Source: Eledone cirrhosa
Taxonomy: Eukaryota
Reading direction: 5' to 3'
Length of the DNA: 64,000 nt
Assembly: GCA_964016885.1 (NCBI GenBank)
Contig: OZ024754.1
Location: 5,456,001 to 5,520,000 of the forward strand
A program made the translations under genes and the position numbers. Shown here one piece after another: positions 60,918 through 64,000 of this stretch (the stretch's first letter is position 1; every line of letters begins with the position of its first letter). A model generated the notes under the pieces. That model was given only the letters and a program-made list of their open reading frames with translations, was not told where the DNA came from and made no database searches.

Positions 60918-60998
60918 GCTCTTACTGTACAGTTTCACTTTGCAAAACATTAGATATCACATGGATATTAATGGAAACGCAAAGATCATCAGAGAAGC
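60918..60998 (-). ncRNA. Predicted complete type-I hammerhead ribozyme (family P8)
   Basis: Minus strand reads GCUUCU-CUGAUGA-U-CUUUGC[..long hairpin..]GCAAAG-U-GAAACUG(UA)CAGUA^-AGAGC. Stem III is the perfect palindrome ACUGUACAGU. Lies in a ~480-bp island (60800-61283) between (TA)n tracts. Confidence 0.7.
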
Positions 60999-61283
60999 AT
61001 TTTCCTTTCCTAGGGTTAAAAACCCCAGGAACGATAAAATATATGACCTCACTCCAACTAATACAGGTCTGAAAGGTCGTGAAAGTGACCCATAAATACG
61101 TTGGTGTATACTGAAGGCGGGAAATCGTAGACTTGTTGTCTATATTTGCCACCAAAAAAATAAATTTTTAGCAGCTAGATAGAACGACAGAATTTTTTCT
61201 CTACATAATCGGAGAATAAAGTGTAAGGTTAATATATCTGAGGGTACAATGTACCCCCAGAAATACATGGTTGTCTATGATTC

Positions 61284-61441
<158 letters not shown>

Positions 61442-61548
61442 CTTTGTAGCTCGAGTGGAATCTCAAGAGCGTGAACCTAATACACTTTTATTTGTACTGT
61501 CTTTCTGTTTTTGTTCCCGTCCAAGTTTTCACTATATATATATATATA

Positions 61549-62070
61549 CTAGCCGAATTACCCGCGCCTTGCTGCGTTTCACACATTTATTTTGTATGAA
61601 AATGATGATTGATTTTAAATCAGTGATATAATTTATGGAGAAAAACTCTGCATTTCAATATTACTCAATGTAAAATGTAATGCATGAAAAATTGGAAAAC
61701 ATTATTTTTTTGTAATATAACAAATCAAAATTACATTATTAAATCTTATTCTTATTTTGTTTCTTGTAAATAATTTTTTTCCAAGTATCAATTCGAAAAT
61801 TTTGTGAATCGGCATCATATCTTGTCATTTACTTATGGTTTATATTTCATATAAATCGAAGGGAAAAACTATCAGCGGGGGGTTGTGACCCCGGGGAACC
61901 ATTTGATTAAAATGAAATATACTTATCCAAGTACCCTAGTCAATGTAGTTTCAGAATATATATGGTTATGCGGGTCTATCTCCAAAAACCCTAGGAGAAG
62001 TTCATGAACAAACAAACAAAAAAAACAGACAGGAATACAAATCTCTATATCTCTATATATACAGTATAAA
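61549..62070 (-). mobile_element. Non-autonomous Helitron-like element
   Basis: Minus-strand 3' end cgcagcaaggcgcgggtaattcggCTAG (GC-rich subterminal hairpin plus CTAG, followed by T); (TTTG)n near the 5' end; the 5' boundary is approximate. Confidence 0.65.
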
Positions 62071-62332
62071 TATGTGTAATATGGAAAACCCAGGCTCAGC
62101 GATGCATCGGAACACAATTTATTACTTATTACAATTGTTTCGCCGGCGAACAGTTCGTGGTGCGATCTGTTTGTGGATCGAACCTGACTCTGGATTCGCA
62201 AGTTCCTCCGATACGTCTAGTGATTTCGAAGCACAACCTCTTTCTGTTTTCCATATTATCAAACTCCGCTCTGAAGGTGCATAGAGGGCTCACACGGCAT
62301 ACCGCCTATGGATGCATTCAAGCAACATTACT

Positions 62333-62439
<107 letters not shown>

Positions 62440-62724
62440 AGAGAGAGAGAGAGAAAGAGAGAGGTGAGTACAAATGAAAGGTAAAGACGATCAACATACA
62501 ACATAGTAGTTGAGAATATTTATATTAACAATATGACTTATCTCTGAATTATCATCGGTTTCCAGATGTAAAGACGTCTGTTTCACCAGATGCATCTGTG
62601 TGTCTGTGTTTAAGCATATGTGTGTGTATTTATTCATATGCATGGGCATGTGTTTGTCTCTGTGTGTGTGTATGTGCGTGTGTGTGTACATGTATGTGTG
62701 CGCATCTGCGAGTGTACAAGACTC

Positions 62725-63022
62725 GAGCAACAAAAACAACAACAACAGCAACGGCAACAACAACAGCAACAACAACAGCAACAGCAACAACAACAACAAC
62801 AACAACAACAACAGCAACAGCAACAGCAACAACAACAATAACGACAACACCACCACGACCAACAAAAACAACAACAAAACCTACAACCACCGCAGCAGCA
62901 ACAACAACAAAACCTACAACAACCGCAGCAGCAACAACAACAAAACCTACAACAACCGCAGCAACAACAACAACAAAAACTACAACAACCGCAGCAGCAA
63001 CAACAGCAACAACAGCAACAGC

Positions 63023-63074
<52 letters not shown>

Positions 63075-63172
63075 ACGACAACACCACCACAACCAACAAA
63101 AACAACAACAAAACCTACAACAACCGCAGCAGCAACAATAACAACGACAACAACAACAACAAAAACAAAAAC
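62725..63172. repeat. (AAC/AGC)n tract with 33-bp sub-repeats
   Basis: aacaacaacaaaacctacaacaaccgcagcagc repeated. Confidence 0.85.
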
Positions 63173-63513
63173 ATCAGCAGCCAATACAAATACACTTATA
63201 GTCAACAAACAAACACATCTATGGCTTGGGCACAAGTGTCCCTTAGCAGATCTGGGTCCTATCCTATCCATTAGAGCCTCACACCACCCCGACGCCACAT
63301 GTCAACTAGCGCCATTCGCTAGCGTATTAGCTTGATTATTTCACAATTCACCCGAGAATTCCAATGAAAATTTCGGTTTGAAAATGCATTAACCAAGTGC
63401 TAGAACAAGCGTACGTAGATAAGCACTTGTCATAGTGTATGCACGCTTCCCATATACATATGCTTCCCATATACATATGCTTCACGTACACTGTATATGA
63501 GTATGTGTATGTA

Positions 63514-63588
<75 letters not shown>

Positions 63589-63626
63589 GTATGCATATAT
63601 ATATATATATGCATGTATGCATATAA

Positions 63627-63677
<51 letters not shown>

Positions 63678-63730
63678 CATATATATATAAATATATGTAT
63701 ATACATATGTATATATATATATACATATAA

Positions 63731-63790
<60 letters not shown>

Positions 63791-64000
63791 GTACTACATG
63801 CTTACATCGATACGTAATACATACATACACATGTGCACAATGTATACCTAGTATATATGTATATGTGTATATGTGTATATGTGTATATGTGTGTGTGTAT
63901 ATAGGTATGTATACAATCTATTATTTTCCAATCCTATATATATATATTGGCTTAGAATGTAGATCAGCATAAAACGGGGGGTGTTTAAAAGCAAACACTT

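Overview
Eukaryotic, repeat-dominated non-coding (intronic or intergenic) DNA. The extreme (TA)n/(CA)n/(GA)n/trinucleotide microsatellite load and the SINE sequences suggest an octopus (cephalopod) genome; this is an inference from recalled repeat motifs, not a search. No complete protein-coding gene is visible, and nearly all ORFs in the track are microsatellite translations. The only recognisable protein sequences are three decayed RTE-clade LINE fragments. There is one candidate spliced exon at 59502-59590. The window holds about 25 copies of one tRNA-derived SINE (often in head-to-tail arrays), a few other SINEs, one non-autonomous Helitron and many minisatellites. The main finding is a set of short (100-400 bp) unique-sequence islands inside (TA)n tracts, belonging to several unrelated families. 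They carry complete or partial minimal type-I hammerhead ribozyme motifs, including a U3-A8 compensated core and a U-U stem II variant, and they often occur as fold-back inverted repeats or partial direct tandems. This architecture matches Penelope-like element (PLE) terminal repeats or retrozyme-like non-autonomous elements. Ribozyme activity is predicted from manual folding only.
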